64,000 bases of DNA from Candidatus Marinacidobacterium sp. (GCA_965204755.1 OZ242011.1:3289656-3353655), one strand, 5' to 3'. Numbered from the stretch's first letter, positions 1 to 10,319 are shown. The notes: generated by a model not told the origin, from the letters alone. Numbers and translations are program-made.

Positions 1-1940
1 TGGGTGTGCCACCACCGGAACTTCCGGTAGTGGAGCCGGGCGGTGAGCGTCACCGGGCCGCGGACGCCTTCGGGTACCCGCACCCGGTAACGCACGGTGT
101 GGGCGGCGCCGGGGGGGATCTGCGAGACATAGAGGGCGGTGCGGGCGGCCCAGGCGTTCCGCTTGTCGATCGGGTTGCCGCGGGCGTCCAGCATCAGCGA
201 GCGGAAGAAGTGCGCGGAGGGTTCGACCGGCCCGTCTCCCGGGTCATCGGGCGGCGGCCCGGAGGCGCCCGCGGCGGGCTCGGTGAAGCCGCTCCGGAAG
301 AACGGCCGGCCGTCCCGGTCGTCGGCGCGGAACTCCAGCCAGACATCGTGGGCGTCCACCGTGCCGCTCGGGAAGAAGTGGCCCACATTCCGGGTGCGGA
401 CGACCACATCCACCCGCACGGTCTCGCCGGGGCGCAGCGCGGCGCCGGCCTCGTCGAGCGGGGCGGTCAGCGTCCCGGGCGCTCCCGCCGGTCGGTAGCG
501 CGCCGGGGCGGCGGAAGCCTCCTCCCCCACCGCGAAAGTCGAGGCCAGCGCCAGCGGGTCCGCGCTCGGCTCGACGGCCGCTTCGATCGGGCCCTCGTCG
601 TTCCTGGTGAGCGCGAAGATGTCCACCGTCACCTGGCCGGCGCGGAGGAAGTCCCGAACCGCTTCGAGTTGCCGGTCGAGGCCGAAGTGGGTCGGCAGCG
701 CGGTGTTCGCGGCGGCGAACCGGTGGGAGCGGACGAGTCCGTCCGGCGCCGCCGGGTCCTCGCCGGCGACGGCGGGCATGTGGCAGTCGGCGCAGGTGCG
801 GGGCTCTTCCGGGTAGTAGAAGGAGCGCGCGCCCTCGCCGGAGACGCCGCTCGCCTGCCAGTTGTCGTAACTGTTGAAGCCGCGCAGCCACCGGTAGGAG
901 TTCACCGGCTCGTCGAGATGCACCTTGTGGCAGGTGGAGCAGAACGCGGAACTGTCGCCGGTGTGGAGCGGCTTCAGAAAAGCGCGGCGGTGCGGTTCCG
1001 GGTCGAGGTGGAGGACGAGGTCGTGGAGCGTCCGGAGCAACGGGTCGGCGGAGGCCGCGAGGTCGTGCATCTCCGGGTACTCGATGACGAATCCGGCGTT
1101 CCCGGAGGTGTCCTTCACGCGGGTGACCGCGTGGCAGGAGACGCAGGCCAGACCGGCGCTCGCCGCCGGGAGGTCGACGATTTCGGCGAGCGGGCGATCC
1201 ATCAACCCGGAGAAGAGGACGGCGTGGTCGTGGCAGCCGGCGCACCACTTGGACGGCGTCACGCCGACCACGCTCTGCATGTATTCGATGGATCGCCGGT
1301 ACCAAGGGTTGTTGAACGAGGCGAACCGGTGGGCGGACTCGGCCCACTGTTCGGTGATGTCGGCGTGGCAGCGGCCGCAGGTCTCGCTCTCCAGGAAGAA
1401 GTCCTCGGGGATCAGTCCGCCGTGGGCGGTCTCGGCGGCGCTCGGGAAGAACGGGCCGTCCGCTCCGCCCATCGCTTCCCCGGACATCGCCGCCGGCGGG
1501 AGACCGGCGTTCAGCACCGGCCCCGGGGAGGGCAGGTAGTCCCGGAGGAGGCCGCCGACGGGGATCGAGACCGCGACCAGCAGCGGGGCGAGCAGGATGC
1601 GCCGACGGGCGAGGAGCGCGGCGAGTCCGGCGGCGGCGGCGAGGTGCGCCCACAGGAGCGGGCGGGTCGTCGGAGTGGCGCCGAGGACGAGAAGACTCAG
1701 GCCGGTGGCGAGGAGAACGCCGCCGGACAGGAAGAAGAGCGGGCGGAGCGGGTCGGCGCGGAGCGCCGGGCCCACCGTCCGCCGGGCCCAGATCGCGAGT
1801 TTCAGCGCGCCGATCCCCAGCAGCGGGTGCAGCAGGATCTGCGCGGCGTGGAAGAGGCTCGCCTCTTCCGCCGCCAGCAGGTAGCCGGAGTTCAGCGCGG
1901 CGAGCCCCCCGGCGACGAACAGGGCTCGGCTGCGAGTCAT
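1..1940 (-). CDS. membrane-anchored multiheme cytochrome c (5' portion; gene runs off window start)
   Basis: Minus-strand frame read from the reverse complement gives an N-terminal TM region followed by five CXXCH motifs (CGRCH, CAGCH, CVSCH, CSTCH, CADCH). The ATG overlaps the DedA stop (ATGA). Not in the ORF track because it has no in-window stop. Confidence 0.6.
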   Translation of the reverse strand, partial: MTRSRALFVAGGLAALNSGYLLAAEEASLFHAAQILLHPLLGIGALKLAIWARRTVGPALRADPLRPLFFLSGGVLLATGLSLLVLGATPTTRPLLWAHLAAAAGLAALLARRRILLAPLLVAVSIPVGGLLRDYLPSPGPVLNAGLPPAAMSGEAMGGADGPFFPSAAETAHGGLIPEDFFLESETCGRCHADITEQWAESAHRFASFNNPWYRRSIEYMQSVVGVTPSKWCAGCHDHAVLFSGLMDRPLAEIVDLPAASAGLACVSCHAVTRVKDTSGNAGFVIEYPEMHDLAASADPLLRTLHDLVLHLDPEPHRRAFLKPLHTGDSSAFCSTCHKVHLDEPVNSYRWLRGFNSYDNWQASGVSGEGARSFYYPEEPRTCADCHMPAVAGEDPAAPDGLVRSHRFAAANTALPTHFGLDRQLEAVRDFLRAGQVTVDIFALTRNDEGPIEAAVEPSADPLALASTFAVGEEASAAPARYRPAGAPGTLTAPLDEAGAALRPGETVRVDVVVRTRNVGHFFPSGTVDAHDVWLEFRADDRDGRPFFRSGFTEPAAGASGPPPDDPGDGPVEPSAHFFRSLMLDARGNPIDKRNAWAARTALYVSQIPPGAAHTVRYRVRVPEGVRGPVTLTARLHYRKFRWWHT

Positions 1941-2758
1941 CGGTCGGCTGCGGGGCCTCTTCCGCGGTCGTCCGGGCCGCCGCCGCGCCGGGCGGGGCCG
2001 GCCTCGCCGCGCGGATCGCCCTCGCCGAGGCGAGGCGGCTGGCCGTCGGCGTCGGCGTCCGAGGCGAAGTCGAGGTTCGCGCCGGCGGTTTCGACGCCCG
2101 CTTCGCGGAGCGCTCGTCGGGCGGTCCGGGTGATGAGCACCGTGGCCGCCACGAACGCGGCGAGTCCGGCGAGGCGGAGCGCCAGTTCCGCGGTCTCGGT
2201 TTCGCCGGACACCGCGGCGCTCGCGCTCGCGCCGATCGTGATGTAGAGCAGCGTTCCCGGCAGGATCCCGACCGCTGACGCGAGGAGGTAGCCGGGGAAG
2301 GGCGCGCCGGTGATGCCGTAGGCGTAGTTCAGCACCGTGAACGGGAAGACCGGGGTGAGCCGCGTGAGGAACACGATCTTCCAGCCCTCCTTGGCCACGG
2401 CGCGGTCCACCGCGGCGAACGAGGGCTTCGTGGCGAGCCACTTCGAGACCGCGTCCCGCGCGAAGCGGCGGGCGACGAGGAACGAGAGCGCGAGACCGGC
2501 GGTGGCGCCGATCCAGACGGAGAGCAATCCGGCGGCGACCCCGAACGCCCCGCCCGCGAGCAGGGTGAGCGCGGAACCGGGGACGGCGAAGACGGTGGCG
2601 ACGGCGTAGATGCCGGCGAAGACCGCGATGCCGAGCGGGCCGAGGCTCCGCGTCCACTCCGCCGCGGCGGTGACGCCGGCGCCGATCTCGTCGCCGAAGA
2701 ACACCAGCGCGGCGACGACCGGCGCGAGGATCGCGCCGATGCGGAGCGCGCGGCTCAT
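1937..2758 (-). CDS. DedA / TVP38-TMEM64 family membrane protein
   Basis: C-terminal part of track ORF 1937..3670 starting MSRALRIGAIL. Contains the DedA-type motif FLTRLTPVFPFTVLNYAYGITG. Start overlaps the stop of the upstream oxidoreductase. Confidence 0.75.
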   Translation of the reverse strand: MSRALRIGAILAPVVAALVFFGDEIGAGVTAAAEWTRSLGPLGIAVFAGIYAVATVFAVPGSALTLLAGGAFGVAAGLLSVWIGATAGLALSFLVARRFARDAVSKWLATKPSFAAVDRAVAKEGWKIVFLTRLTPVFPFTVLNYAYGITGAPFPGYLLASAVGILPGTLLYITIGASASAAVSGETETAELALRLAGLAAFVAATVLITRTARRALREAGVETAGANLDFASDADADGQPPRLGEGDPRGEAGPARRGGGPDDRGRGPAADR

Positions 2759-4257
2759 CGCCGCCTCCGGTACAGCCAGGAGAAGACCGCCTTCGCCTTC
2801 GGGGTGAGCCGCGTCCGTTGGTAGGCGTCCGCCGCGCGCTGGACGGCCTGCGCCCAGGTGGGGTAGCCGTGGATGGTGGAGGACAGGGAGGAGAGCCCGA
2901 CGCCGTGCCGCGCGGCCACCAGGATTTCGTGGAGGATCTCCCCGGCGCGGGGCGCGGCCACGGTGGCGCCGAGGATTCGGTCCTTGCCGCGCCGGGTCAC
3001 GACCTTCACGAAGCCGCGGGTGGCGTTCTCGGTGATCGCCCGGTCCAGGTCGGCGTTCTCGTGGCGGTGGACTTCCACCGGGATGCCCCGCGCCTCGGCG
3101 TCGGCTTCGGAGAGGCCGAAGTGGGCGATCTCCGGATCCACATAGGTCACCCAGGGGACCTGCCGGTAGTCGGCGCGGGCGCGGGGGACGGGCCGGGGGA
3201 GCAGGACATTCCGGACGACCAGCCGCGCCTGGTAGTCGGCGGTGTGGGTGAAGCGGTAGGGCCCGGTCACATCGCCGGCGGCGTAGATGTGGCGGACATT
3301 CGTGCGGAGCGCCGCGTCCACCGGGATTCCCCGGCGGGCGTCGTACTCGACGCCGGCGGCGTCGAGGCCGAGGTCGCCCACATTCGGCGTCCGCCCGGCG
3401 GCGAGCAGGAGCCGCTCCGCAGTGAAACGGCGTTCTTCGCCGCCGCTGCCGCCGCCGTCTTTCGTTCGGACGGAGGCCTCGACGGCGCCGTCTTCCAACT
3501 TCCGGAAACGCTCGACCCGGCAGTGGCGGACGACCTCGATGCCTTCGGCGGCGAAGGCCTCCTCCACCACGGAGGAGGCCTCCGGGTCGTCTCTGGGCAG
3601 CAGCCGCCCCACATCGGTGAGGATGGTCACGCGGACCCCGAGCCGGCGCATCACCTGTCCGAGTTCGCACCCGATGGGGCCGCCGCCGAGGATGAGCAGT
3701 GACTTCGGCGCCGTGTCCTGGCGGTCGAAGAAGGTCTCGTTCGTGAGGTAGGGGATGTCCGCGAGGCCGGGGATGTCGGGCGCGTACGGCCGCGTGCCGG
3801 TGGCGATCACGAAGTTCGCCGAGGCGAGCCTCCGGCCGTCGTCGAGTTCCACTTCGCCGGGGCTGACGAACCGGGCGCGGGCCTCGAAGACCTCCACGCC
3901 GAGCCCGCGGAACCGCTCCGGGGAGTCGTTGGGGGCGATCGCGGCGCGGCGCTCGCGCATGTGCTCGAAGACCCGTTCGAACCGGAACCGGGGCTCCGTC
4001 TCGTCGAGCCCGTGGTGTTCGGCGCTCCGGATCTGCTGGATGAGTTTCGAGGTGGAGACCAGCGCCTTCGAGGGCACGCAGCCGTAGTTCAGGCAGTCGC
4101 CCCCCATCTTCGCCGCTTCGACCAGCGCCACCCGCCCCCCGAGACCGGCGGTCCCCGCCGCGGAGACCAGCCCGGCGGTGCCGCCGCCGATGGCGACCAG
4201 GTTGTAGCGGGCGGGACGCGCCGATCCGGCGGGCGGCGGCGTGACGGATTCGCTCAT
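2755..4257 (-). CDS. class I pyridine nucleotide-disulfide oxidoreductase (mercuric reductase / dihydrolipoamide dehydrogenase-like)
   Basis: AIGGGTAG FAD-binding motif and redox-active disulfide CLNYGCVPSK; 500 aa. Confidence 0.8.
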   Translation of the reverse strand: MSESVTPPPAGSARPARYNLVAIGGGTAGLVSAAGTAGLGGRVALVEAAKMGGDCLNYGCVPSKALVSTSKLIQQIRSAEHHGLDETEPRFRFERVFEHMRERRAAIAPNDSPERFRGLGVEVFEARARFVSPGEVELDDGRRLASANFVIATGTRPYAPDIPGLADIPYLTNETFFDRQDTAPKSLLILGGGPIGCELGQVMRRLGVRVTILTDVGRLLPRDDPEASSVVEEAFAAEGIEVVRHCRVERFRKLEDGAVEASVRTKDGGGSGGEERRFTAERLLLAAGRTPNVGDLGLDAAGVEYDARRGIPVDAALRTNVRHIYAAGDVTGPYRFTHTADYQARLVVRNVLLPRPVPRARADYRQVPWVTYVDPEIAHFGLSEADAEARGIPVEVHRHENADLDRAITENATRGFVKVVTRRGKDRILGATVAAPRAGEILHEILVAARHGVGLSSLSSTIHGYPTWAQAVQRAADAYQRTRLTPKAKAVFSWLYRRRR

Positions 4258-4351
4258 GGGGGCCGGGGAAACTCTACCGGCGCGGGCCCCCCCGCCGACC
4301 GCTGCGGAGGCGCCGCGGGGGCGGTCGGGGCCGTTGGTAGATTCCGCGGCG

Positions 4352-5086
4352 ATGGAGCCGCGCGGCGCAACGGGTCGGCCCGGAGCGGCGCCGGGCCGCC
4401 GCAGCCGCCGCCTGATCCTCGGGCTGGACGAAGCGGGGCGGGGGCCGGCGCTCGGCCCGCTGGTGGTGGCGGGCGTGGCGCTCGATGTGCCGGCGGCCGC
4501 CGCCCTCCGGCGGCGGGGCGTGAAGGACTCGAAGGACTTCGGCCCCGGCGAGGAGGGGCGCGAGCGGCGGCGCGAACTGGCGGCGGAAGTGCGGAAGCGG
4601 GCGGCCGGCGTCTTCGTGCGGGTTCTCTCCGCCGCCGAAGTGGACCGCTATGTCGAAGTGCGCGGCCTCAACGCGCTGGAGCGCCGCGCCGCCGACGAGA
4701 TCGTCACCGAAGCCGGCCCGGCGCGCCGCATCGTGGCCGACGGCGCGAGGCTCTTCGGCCCCCTGGCCGGGCGGTATCCGCACCTCGAGGCGCTCGACCG
4801 GGGCGAGTCGCAGCACGCGGCGGTGGCCGCCGCCAGCGTGGTCGCCAAGGATCGGCGCGACGAGTTGTTCGCCGAAATCGCCGAGCGGTACCGCGCCGAC
4901 TTCGGCGAAGTGCGCGGCGGCGGCTATGTGAACCGCGACACCGAGGCCTTCCTCCGCCGCTTCCACGCCGCCCGCGGCCGCCTCCCGGAGGAGACCCGCC
5001 TCAGTTGGCGCTGGTCGGTCATCCGCGAGTTGAACGGCCAACCCCGATTGTTCGGCGGCGCCGGCGCCCCGGGCGGTGGCGCCTGA
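4352..5086 (+). CDS. rnhB: ribonuclease HII
   Basis: ILGLDEAGRGPALGPLVVAGV active-site motif, DSK, AASVVAK. Start taken at internal ATG (MEPRG) of ORF 4241..5086. Confidence 0.8.
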   Translation: MEPRGATGRPGAAPGRRSRRLILGLDEAGRGPALGPLVVAGVALDVPAAAALRRRGVKDSKDFGPGEEGRERRRELAAEVRKRAAGVFVRVLSAAEVDRYVEVRGLNALERRAADEIVTEAGPARRIVADGARLFGPLAGRYPHLEALDRGESQHAAVAAASVVAKDRRDELFAEIAERYRADFGEVRGGGYVNRDTEAFLRRFHAARGRLPEETRLSWRWSVIRELNGQPRLFGGAGAPGGGA

Positions 5087-5162
5087 CGGTTGCGGCAGCG
5101 GCCTCCCGAGGTTAGTGTTCCGGGTTGTGCGGGGGGCCCTGAGGGCGGCCTGCCCTCCCGCC

Positions 5163-6119
5163 ATGCGACGCACGGCCGCCGTTTTGAGCGAGGGCGGAGT
5201 CGTGACCGCGCTGGAGCGAGCCTACTACCGACAGGAGTTCCGGATCGCCCTCCTTGAAAAGGAGGGTCAGGAGTTCCAAGACTGGTTCTGTGAACTCGCT
5301 CGTCGGGCCATTGGGCCCGACTTCGAGCCCATCGGCCATGAAGGCGCACAGGGAGACCAGGCAGCTGACGGGCGTAGGCGGAGCGACGGCACCATCTTTC
5401 AGTGCTACGCTCCGCACACCGTCCGCGCAGATCGTGTCCGGCGAAAGATACGGGCCGACTTCGCGAGTGCCTTGCGACACTGGCCGAGGTTCCTGAAACA
5501 CTGGGTCTTCGTGCACAACATCAGGCGTGGCTTGGGCCCCACTGCGAACAAGGAGTTGGATGCACTTGGAAGAGAGTATCCTGCGGTGAAGATCGCGACT
5601 TGGTCGAAGCCGGAGTTGACGGAGCTCTTCGATCAGTTGGAACTCGCCGACTGCGAGTGGTTGTTCGGTCCTGCTCCATCGGCGGAAGACTTGGAGGGCG
5701 TCACGCCGGCGCATGTCGCGGAAGTGATTGGCCACTTGGAGCAGACCAAGCCCGAGCCGGGCAGGGAGCCGCTCGCGCCGCCGTCGGTGGACAAGATCGA
5801 GAAGAACGATCTCTCGCCCGATGTACTCGACCTGCTCCGCGCGGGTAAGCGCAAGGATTACTTGACGGAGCGGTACTTCGAGAAGGAACCGGGTCCGGAG
5901 GCCGGAGAGCGAGTCGCGGAAGCGTTTCGGCAGCGTTACGCATCACTCAAGGAGAGTGCCGAGTCACCTGACGACATCTTCGCCGGACTCCAGAGATTCG
6001 CCGGACACGGGGGCAGCCCCAAGCACCAGGTGGCGGTACTGGCCGTTCTGTCCTACTTGTTCGACCGCTGTGACATCTTCGAGGATCCGCGCGGCGTGGT
6101 TCCGGGTCGTCCGGTGTGA
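5163..6119 (+). CDS. Lamassu/ABC-3C-type effector component (LmuA-like), domain unassigned
   Basis: First gene of a three-gene lower-GC cassette ending in an SMC-like ATPase. Possible degenerate PD-(D/E)xK-like segment (GDQAADG...IFQCY). Confidence 0.5.
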   Translation: MRRTAAVLSEGGVVTALERAYYRQEFRIALLEKEGQEFQDWFCELARRAIGPDFEPIGHEGAQGDQAADGRRRSDGTIFQCYAPHTVRADRVRRKIRADFASALRHWPRFLKHWVFVHNIRRGLGPTANKELDALGREYPAVKIATWSKPELTELFDQLELADCEWLFGPAPSAEDLEGVTPAHVAEVIGHLEQTKPEPGREPLAPPSVDKIEKNDLSPDVLDLLRAGKRKDYLTERYFEKEPGPEAGERVAEAFRQRYASLKESAESPDDIFAGLQRFAGHGGSPKHQVAVLAVLSYLFDRCDIFEDPRGVVPGRPV

Positions 6120-6343
6120 TCCTTCCGACGAAGCACATGCGCCCGTACCGCAGCCTCTTGGGGCTCGGCGCGACGATTCTGGACACGATCACGCGGCCGA
6201 TGACCGTTTCCGCGCTCTGGGATCGGTTGCGAAGGGCGTCACATCCCGGACTGAGTTACGGATGGTTCATCCTCGCGCTGGATCTGCTCTACATGATCGG
6301 CGCCATCGACTTTCGTCGCGGTCTCCTCGTTCGCGCGAAGTAG
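6116..6343 (+). CDS. small middle component of Lamassu/ABC-3C-like cassette (LmuC-like)
   Basis: 75-aa ORF whose GTG start overlaps the upstream stop (GTGA) and which sits 10 nt upstream of the ATPase gene. Gene order matches effector-small-ATPase systems. Confidence 0.45.
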   Translation: MILPTKHMRPYRSLLGLGATILDTITRPMTVSALWDRLRRASHPGLSYGWFILALDLLYMIGAIDFRRGLLVRAK

Positions 6344-6353
6344 TGCTTGAAGA

Positions 6354-8117
6354 ATGATCCGCAAGGTCACCGCCGACCGGTCGTCGTTCAAGACGCTCGA
6401 ATTCCAGTCAGGGCTGAACATCCTTCTCGCGGACCGAAGCGAGAGCGCCACCGACAAGGATTCCCGGAACGGCGCCGGAAAAACCAGCCTTGTGGAGTTG
6501 ATCCACTTCGTGTTCGGGGCCAGCGCTTCGGGGACCATTTTTCGGTCGAGAGATATCGGAGACTGGCGGTTCGGCGTGGAGATGGAGGTCGACAACGAGC
6601 CGGGATCCGTCATGCGCTCGGGTCGGCGTGCGGAAGTAGTCGAAGTCTCCGGTTCCCTCGTTCCTGGCGACCACGATGAGCAGCCGAGACTCATGGGGCC
6701 GGCCCCTCAGGTGGCCGTGCCCATCGGACAGTGGAAGGCTGGTCTCGGGGAAAGGTGGTTCGGCTTGGTACAAGAGGGCGAAGCAGTTGATCCGTTCGCT
6801 CCCCGTTTTCGACCGCTGTTTTCGTACTTCGCTCGCCGGCAGGCAAAGGGCGCCTTCAACAGCCCGATGCAGTACTGGTCGAGACAGCCGGTCTGGGAAG
6901 AACGCGTTTCCATCTCGTGGCTCTTGGGACTCGACTGGACAGTCGCTCAGCGTCTTCAGCGACTTCGTGAGCGCGAGAAAGGTGTAGACGATGCGATGAA
7001 AGCGATCGAGTCCGGTGAACTGCCTGTGCTCTCGCGCACTGCGTCGGAATTGCGGACTGCTCTCACGGTGGCGCGGGGAGAAGCGCACACGAGAAAACAG
7101 CGACTCCATGCCTTTCGCGTGTTGCCGGACTATGAAGACTTGGAGAAGGAGGCGGACTCGATTACCGTCCAAATCAACGACATCGCCGGGGACAACATCG
7201 CGGATCGCGCGTTGCTTCGAGACCTCGAGACTTCATTGGGTGGCGAAACAGACGACATGCATCCGGAGATTCAGCGACTCTACAAGGAGGCGGGAATCGT
7301 GTTGCCGGGTGCGACCCTGCGTCGGCTCGCCGAGGTGGACACCTTTCATCGCGCGGTCGTTCGGAACCGCAAGAGCCAACTGAAGGACGCTATCGAGAGC
7401 GCGAGAGAGCGGATCGTCGGGCGAGAGCGACGGAAGGAGTCGCTCGATCGGCGAAGGAGGAAGATCATGAAGGTCTTGGAGTCGGGGGGCGCATTGGCGG
7501 AGTACAGTGCGCTCCGAGAGGAGGTCGCTCGACGCGAGGGGGAGGTGGAGGTCCTTGAACAGCATCTGCGGAACGCGGAAGAGATCGAGGGCCGTCGGGC
7601 TGCGCTGAAGGTCGAGCGAGCCAGTTTGCTCAAGGCCGTGCAAGACGACATAACCGAACGAGGAGAGCATCTTCAGGAGGTGATTCTTCGCTTCGAGCGA
7701 CTGTCGCAATCGCTCTACGAGAGGGCCGGGCGCCTGCACATAGCGCCCAGCAACTCCGGACCGAAGTTCGAGGTGCAGATTCACTCCGGGCGGAGTCTCG
7801 GCATCACGAACATGCAGATCTTCTGTTTCGACTTGATGCTGATGGACTTGATGGTCGAGCGGGGGCAATCGCCGGGGTTCCTCATCCACGACAGCCACCT
7901 GTTCGACGGCGTCGATGAACGGCAGGTGGCGCGGGCGCTGCAGGTGGGCGCGCGCCGGGCGGAGGCCGGCGGGTTCCAGTACATCGTGACGCTGAACACG
8001 GACAAGATACCCAAGGACGGGTTCGATCCGGGGTTTCGGCTCGACGACTACTTCTTGGATGTGCGCCTTACCGACGCTCTTCCCGACGGGGGGCTGTTCG
8101 GGATTCGTTTCGATTAG
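6354..8117 (+). CDS. SMC-like ABC ATPase (LmuB / DUF3732-like)
   Basis: N-terminal GLNILLADRSE...NGAGKTSLVELIHFVFG Walker A, long central coiled-coil, C-terminal FLIHDSHLFDGVDERQ Walker B/D-loop; 587 aa. Confidence 0.65.
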   Translation: MIRKVTADRSSFKTLEFQSGLNILLADRSESATDKDSRNGAGKTSLVELIHFVFGASASGTIFRSRDIGDWRFGVEMEVDNEPGSVMRSGRRAEVVEVSGSLVPGDHDEQPRLMGPAPQVAVPIGQWKAGLGERWFGLVQEGEAVDPFAPRFRPLFSYFARRQAKGAFNSPMQYWSRQPVWEERVSISWLLGLDWTVAQRLQRLREREKGVDDAMKAIESGELPVLSRTASELRTALTVARGEAHTRKQRLHAFRVLPDYEDLEKEADSITVQINDIAGDNIADRALLRDLETSLGGETDDMHPEIQRLYKEAGIVLPGATLRRLAEVDTFHRAVVRNRKSQLKDAIESARERIVGRERRKESLDRRRRKIMKVLESGGALAEYSALREEVARREGEVEVLEQHLRNAEEIEGRRAALKVERASLLKAVQDDITERGEHLQEVILRFERLSQSLYERAGRLHIAPSNSGPKFEVQIHSGRSLGITNMQIFCFDLMLMDLMVERGQSPGFLIHDSHLFDGVDERQVARALQVGARRAEAGGFQYIVTLNTDKIPKDGFDPGFRLDDYFLDVRLTDALPDGGLFGIRFD

Positions 8118-8743
8118 CCGGGCGCCGCCGGGAGGGCGGCGCGGGCGGCGACGGTGTCGATGTGCCGCTGGGCGGCGGGTTCGAGGGAGCGGTTGTAGAG
8201 GAGGGCGGCGGGGTGGTAAAGGGTGATGAAGTCGTGGCGGGGCCAATCGGGGAGGCGGAAGAACTCGCCTACGGTTTCGGATAGCGGGCGGCGGGCGCGG
8301 TTCGGGGAGAAGCGGCGGAGAGCCGTGGCGCCGAGTAGGGCGACGATGCGCGCGGGGGACAGGGCCAACTGGCGGTCGAGGAGGGGGCGGCAGGCGGCGG
8401 CTTCCTGTTTGGTCGGGGCGCGGTTCTTGGGCGGGCGGCATTTCACGACATTCACGATGAGGACATCGCGTTCGGTGGAAAGGCCGGCGGAGTGGAAGAG
8501 GGCGTCGAGAGTCTTTCCGGCGCGGCCTACGAACGCTCGGCCGGAGGCGTCCTCGAAGGCGCCGGGCGCTTCGCCCACGGCGAGGATCGGCGCTTGGGGG
8601 TTGCCGCGATCCACCACGATGTGCGTGCGCCCGTCCGCCAGGGGGCAGCGGCGGCAGGCGCTCGCGGCCAGCAGGTCGTGGAACGCGGAGTAGTCGGTGG
8701 CCGTAAGCGCCCGCCCGACGGCGTCCGGCGGGCGCCTCGTCAT
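8114..8743 (-). CDS. uracil-DNA glycosylase, family 4
   Basis: GEAPGAFEDASGRAFVGRAGKTL motif and conserved C-terminal HP. Convergent with the LmuB-like gene. Confidence 0.8.
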   Translation of the reverse strand: MTRRPPDAVGRALTATDYSAFHDLLAASACRRCPLADGRTHIVVDRGNPQAPILAVGEAPGAFEDASGRAFVGRAGKTLDALFHSAGLSTERDVLIVNVVKCRPPKNRAPTKQEAAACRPLLDRQLALSPARIVALLGATALRRFSPNRARRPLSETVGEFFRLPDWPRHDFITLYHPAALLYNRSLEPAAQRHIDTVAARAALPAAPG

Positions 8744-10318
8744 TCAGCCGCCCCGGTGTTCGCCGAAGACGGAGCGGAGGGCGTCGCTGATTTCGCCGAC
8801 GGTGGCCATCGCTTCCACCGCCGACAGGATCGCGGGCATCAGGTTGCCGCCGGCGCCGGCCACTCGCCCTACTTCCTCGAGCGCGGCGCGGCAGACCTCG
8901 CCATCGCGGCGGGCGCGCGCGCGGCGAACGCGTTCCGCCTGCGCGGCTTCCACCTCCGGGTGGAGCGTGAACGGTTCGACGGAACTCGTTTCGCCGTCCT
9001 TGCGGAACCGGTTGACGCCGACCACCGTCTCCTTGCCGGCTTCGAGGTCTTGCTGGTAGGCGTAGGCGGCTTCGCGGATGCGGGCCTGGACGAAACCGGC
9101 TTCGAGCGCGGCCGCCGGCCCTCCCAAGCGATCCACTTCCGCGATCCACGAACGCGCTTCTTCCTCGATCCGGTCGGTGAGGGATTCGACCGCCCACGAA
9201 CCGCCCAAGGGATCCACGGTGGCCGCCACGCCGCTCTCGAAGGCGATCACCTGTTGCGTGCGGAGCGCGAGTTCCGCGGTTTCTTCGGTGGGAAGACCGA
9301 GCGCTTCGTCGAGAGCGTTCGTATGGAGGGATTGCGCGCCGCCGAGCACTGCGGAAAGCGCTTCCAAGGTCGTGCGCGCCACATTCACCTGCGGCGAGAG
9401 GGCGGTCAGCGTGGAGCCGGCGGTCTGCGCGTGGAACCGGAGCATCTGCGCGCGCGGGCTCTTCGATCCCAGTCGTTCGCGCAGCAGGTCGGCCCACAGG
9501 CGGCGCGCGGCGCGGAACTTGGCGACTTCTTCCAGGAAGTCGCGGTGCGCGTTGAAGAAGAACGAAACCCGCGGCGCCACTTCGTCCACGCCGAGGCCGC
9601 GCGCCATCGTGGCCTCGACATAGGCGAGGCCGTTCGCCAGCGTGAAGCCGACTTCCTGCGCGGCGGTGCAGCCGGCTTCCCGGATGTGGTAGCCGCTCAC
9701 GCTCACCGGCTGGAACCGGGGCAACTCGCGGCGGCACCATTCGATCAGGTCCGTAGCCAGCCGCATCGAAGGTTCCGGCGGGTAGATCCAGGTTCCGCGC
9801 GCGGCGTACTCCTTGAGGATGTCGTTCTGGACGGTGCCGGAGATCCGGTCGAGCGGAATGCCCTGCCGCCGCGCCGCCGCCGCGTAGAGCGCGGCGAGGA
9901 TCGGCGCCGTGGCGTTGATCGTCATCGAGGTCGAGACCTCGCCCAGCGGGATCTCGGAGAACAGCGTTTCCATGTCTTCGAGCGAGTCCATGGCGACTCC
10001 CACGCGCCCGACTTCGCCGGCGGCGAGCGGGTGGTCGGAGTCGTAACCGATCTGGGTGGGCAGGTCGAAGGCGGTGGAAAGACCGGTCTGGCCGCTTCGC
10101 AGGAGGTAACGGAACCGGCGGTTCGTCTCCTCGGCGGTGGCATAGCCGGCGTATTGGCGCATCGTCCACAGGCGTTCCCGATACCCCGAGGCGCGAATGC
10201 CCCGGGTGAACGGCGGCTCGCCGGGAAGGCCGATCCGCTCTTCGCCGCCCGGGGCGTCTTCCGGGCGGTAGAGCGGCTTCAGTTCGCGGCGCGGCCGGGC
10301 CGGCGGGGGCGCCGGCAA
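8744..10318 (-). CDS. methylmalonyl-CoA mutase family, catalytic (TIM-barrel) subunit without B12-binding domain
   Basis: N-terminus PGEPPFTRG, then [31 protein letters not shown]. The 524 aa end before a B12-binding domain. Confidence 0.8.
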   Translation of the reverse strand: MPAPPPARPRRELKPLYRPEDAPGGEERIGLPGEPPFTRGIRASGYRERLWTMRQYAGYATAEETNRRFRYLLRSGQTGLSTAFDLPTQIGYDSDHPLAAGEVGRVGVAMDSLEDMETLFSEIPLGEVSTSMTINATAPILAALYAAAARRQGIPLDRISGTVQNDILKEYAARGTWIYPPEPSMRLATDLIEWCRRELPRFQPVSVSGYHIREAGCTAAQEVGFTLANGLAYVEATMARGLGVDEVAPRVSFFFNAHRDFLEEVAKFRAARRLWADLLRERLGSKSPRAQMLRFHAQTAGSTLTALSPQVNVARTTLEALSAVLGGAQSLHTNALDEALGLPTEETAELALRTQQVIAFESGVAATVDPLGGSWAVESLTDRIEEEARSWIAEVDRLGGPAAALEAGFVQARIREAAYAYQQDLEAGKETVVGVNRFRKDGETSSVEPFTLHPEVEAAQAERVRRARARRDGEVCRAALEEVGRVAGAGGNLMPAILSAVEAMATVGEISDALRSVFGEHRGG

Positions 10319-10319
10319 C

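Noticed and set aside
6-2246. 746-aa plus-strand ORF and 469-aa minus ORF 244..1653
   Set aside because: R/G/P/A-rich junk composition. They are antisense or wrong-frame relative to the real minus-strand multiheme cytochrome gene, whose CXXCH motifs sit in a third frame.
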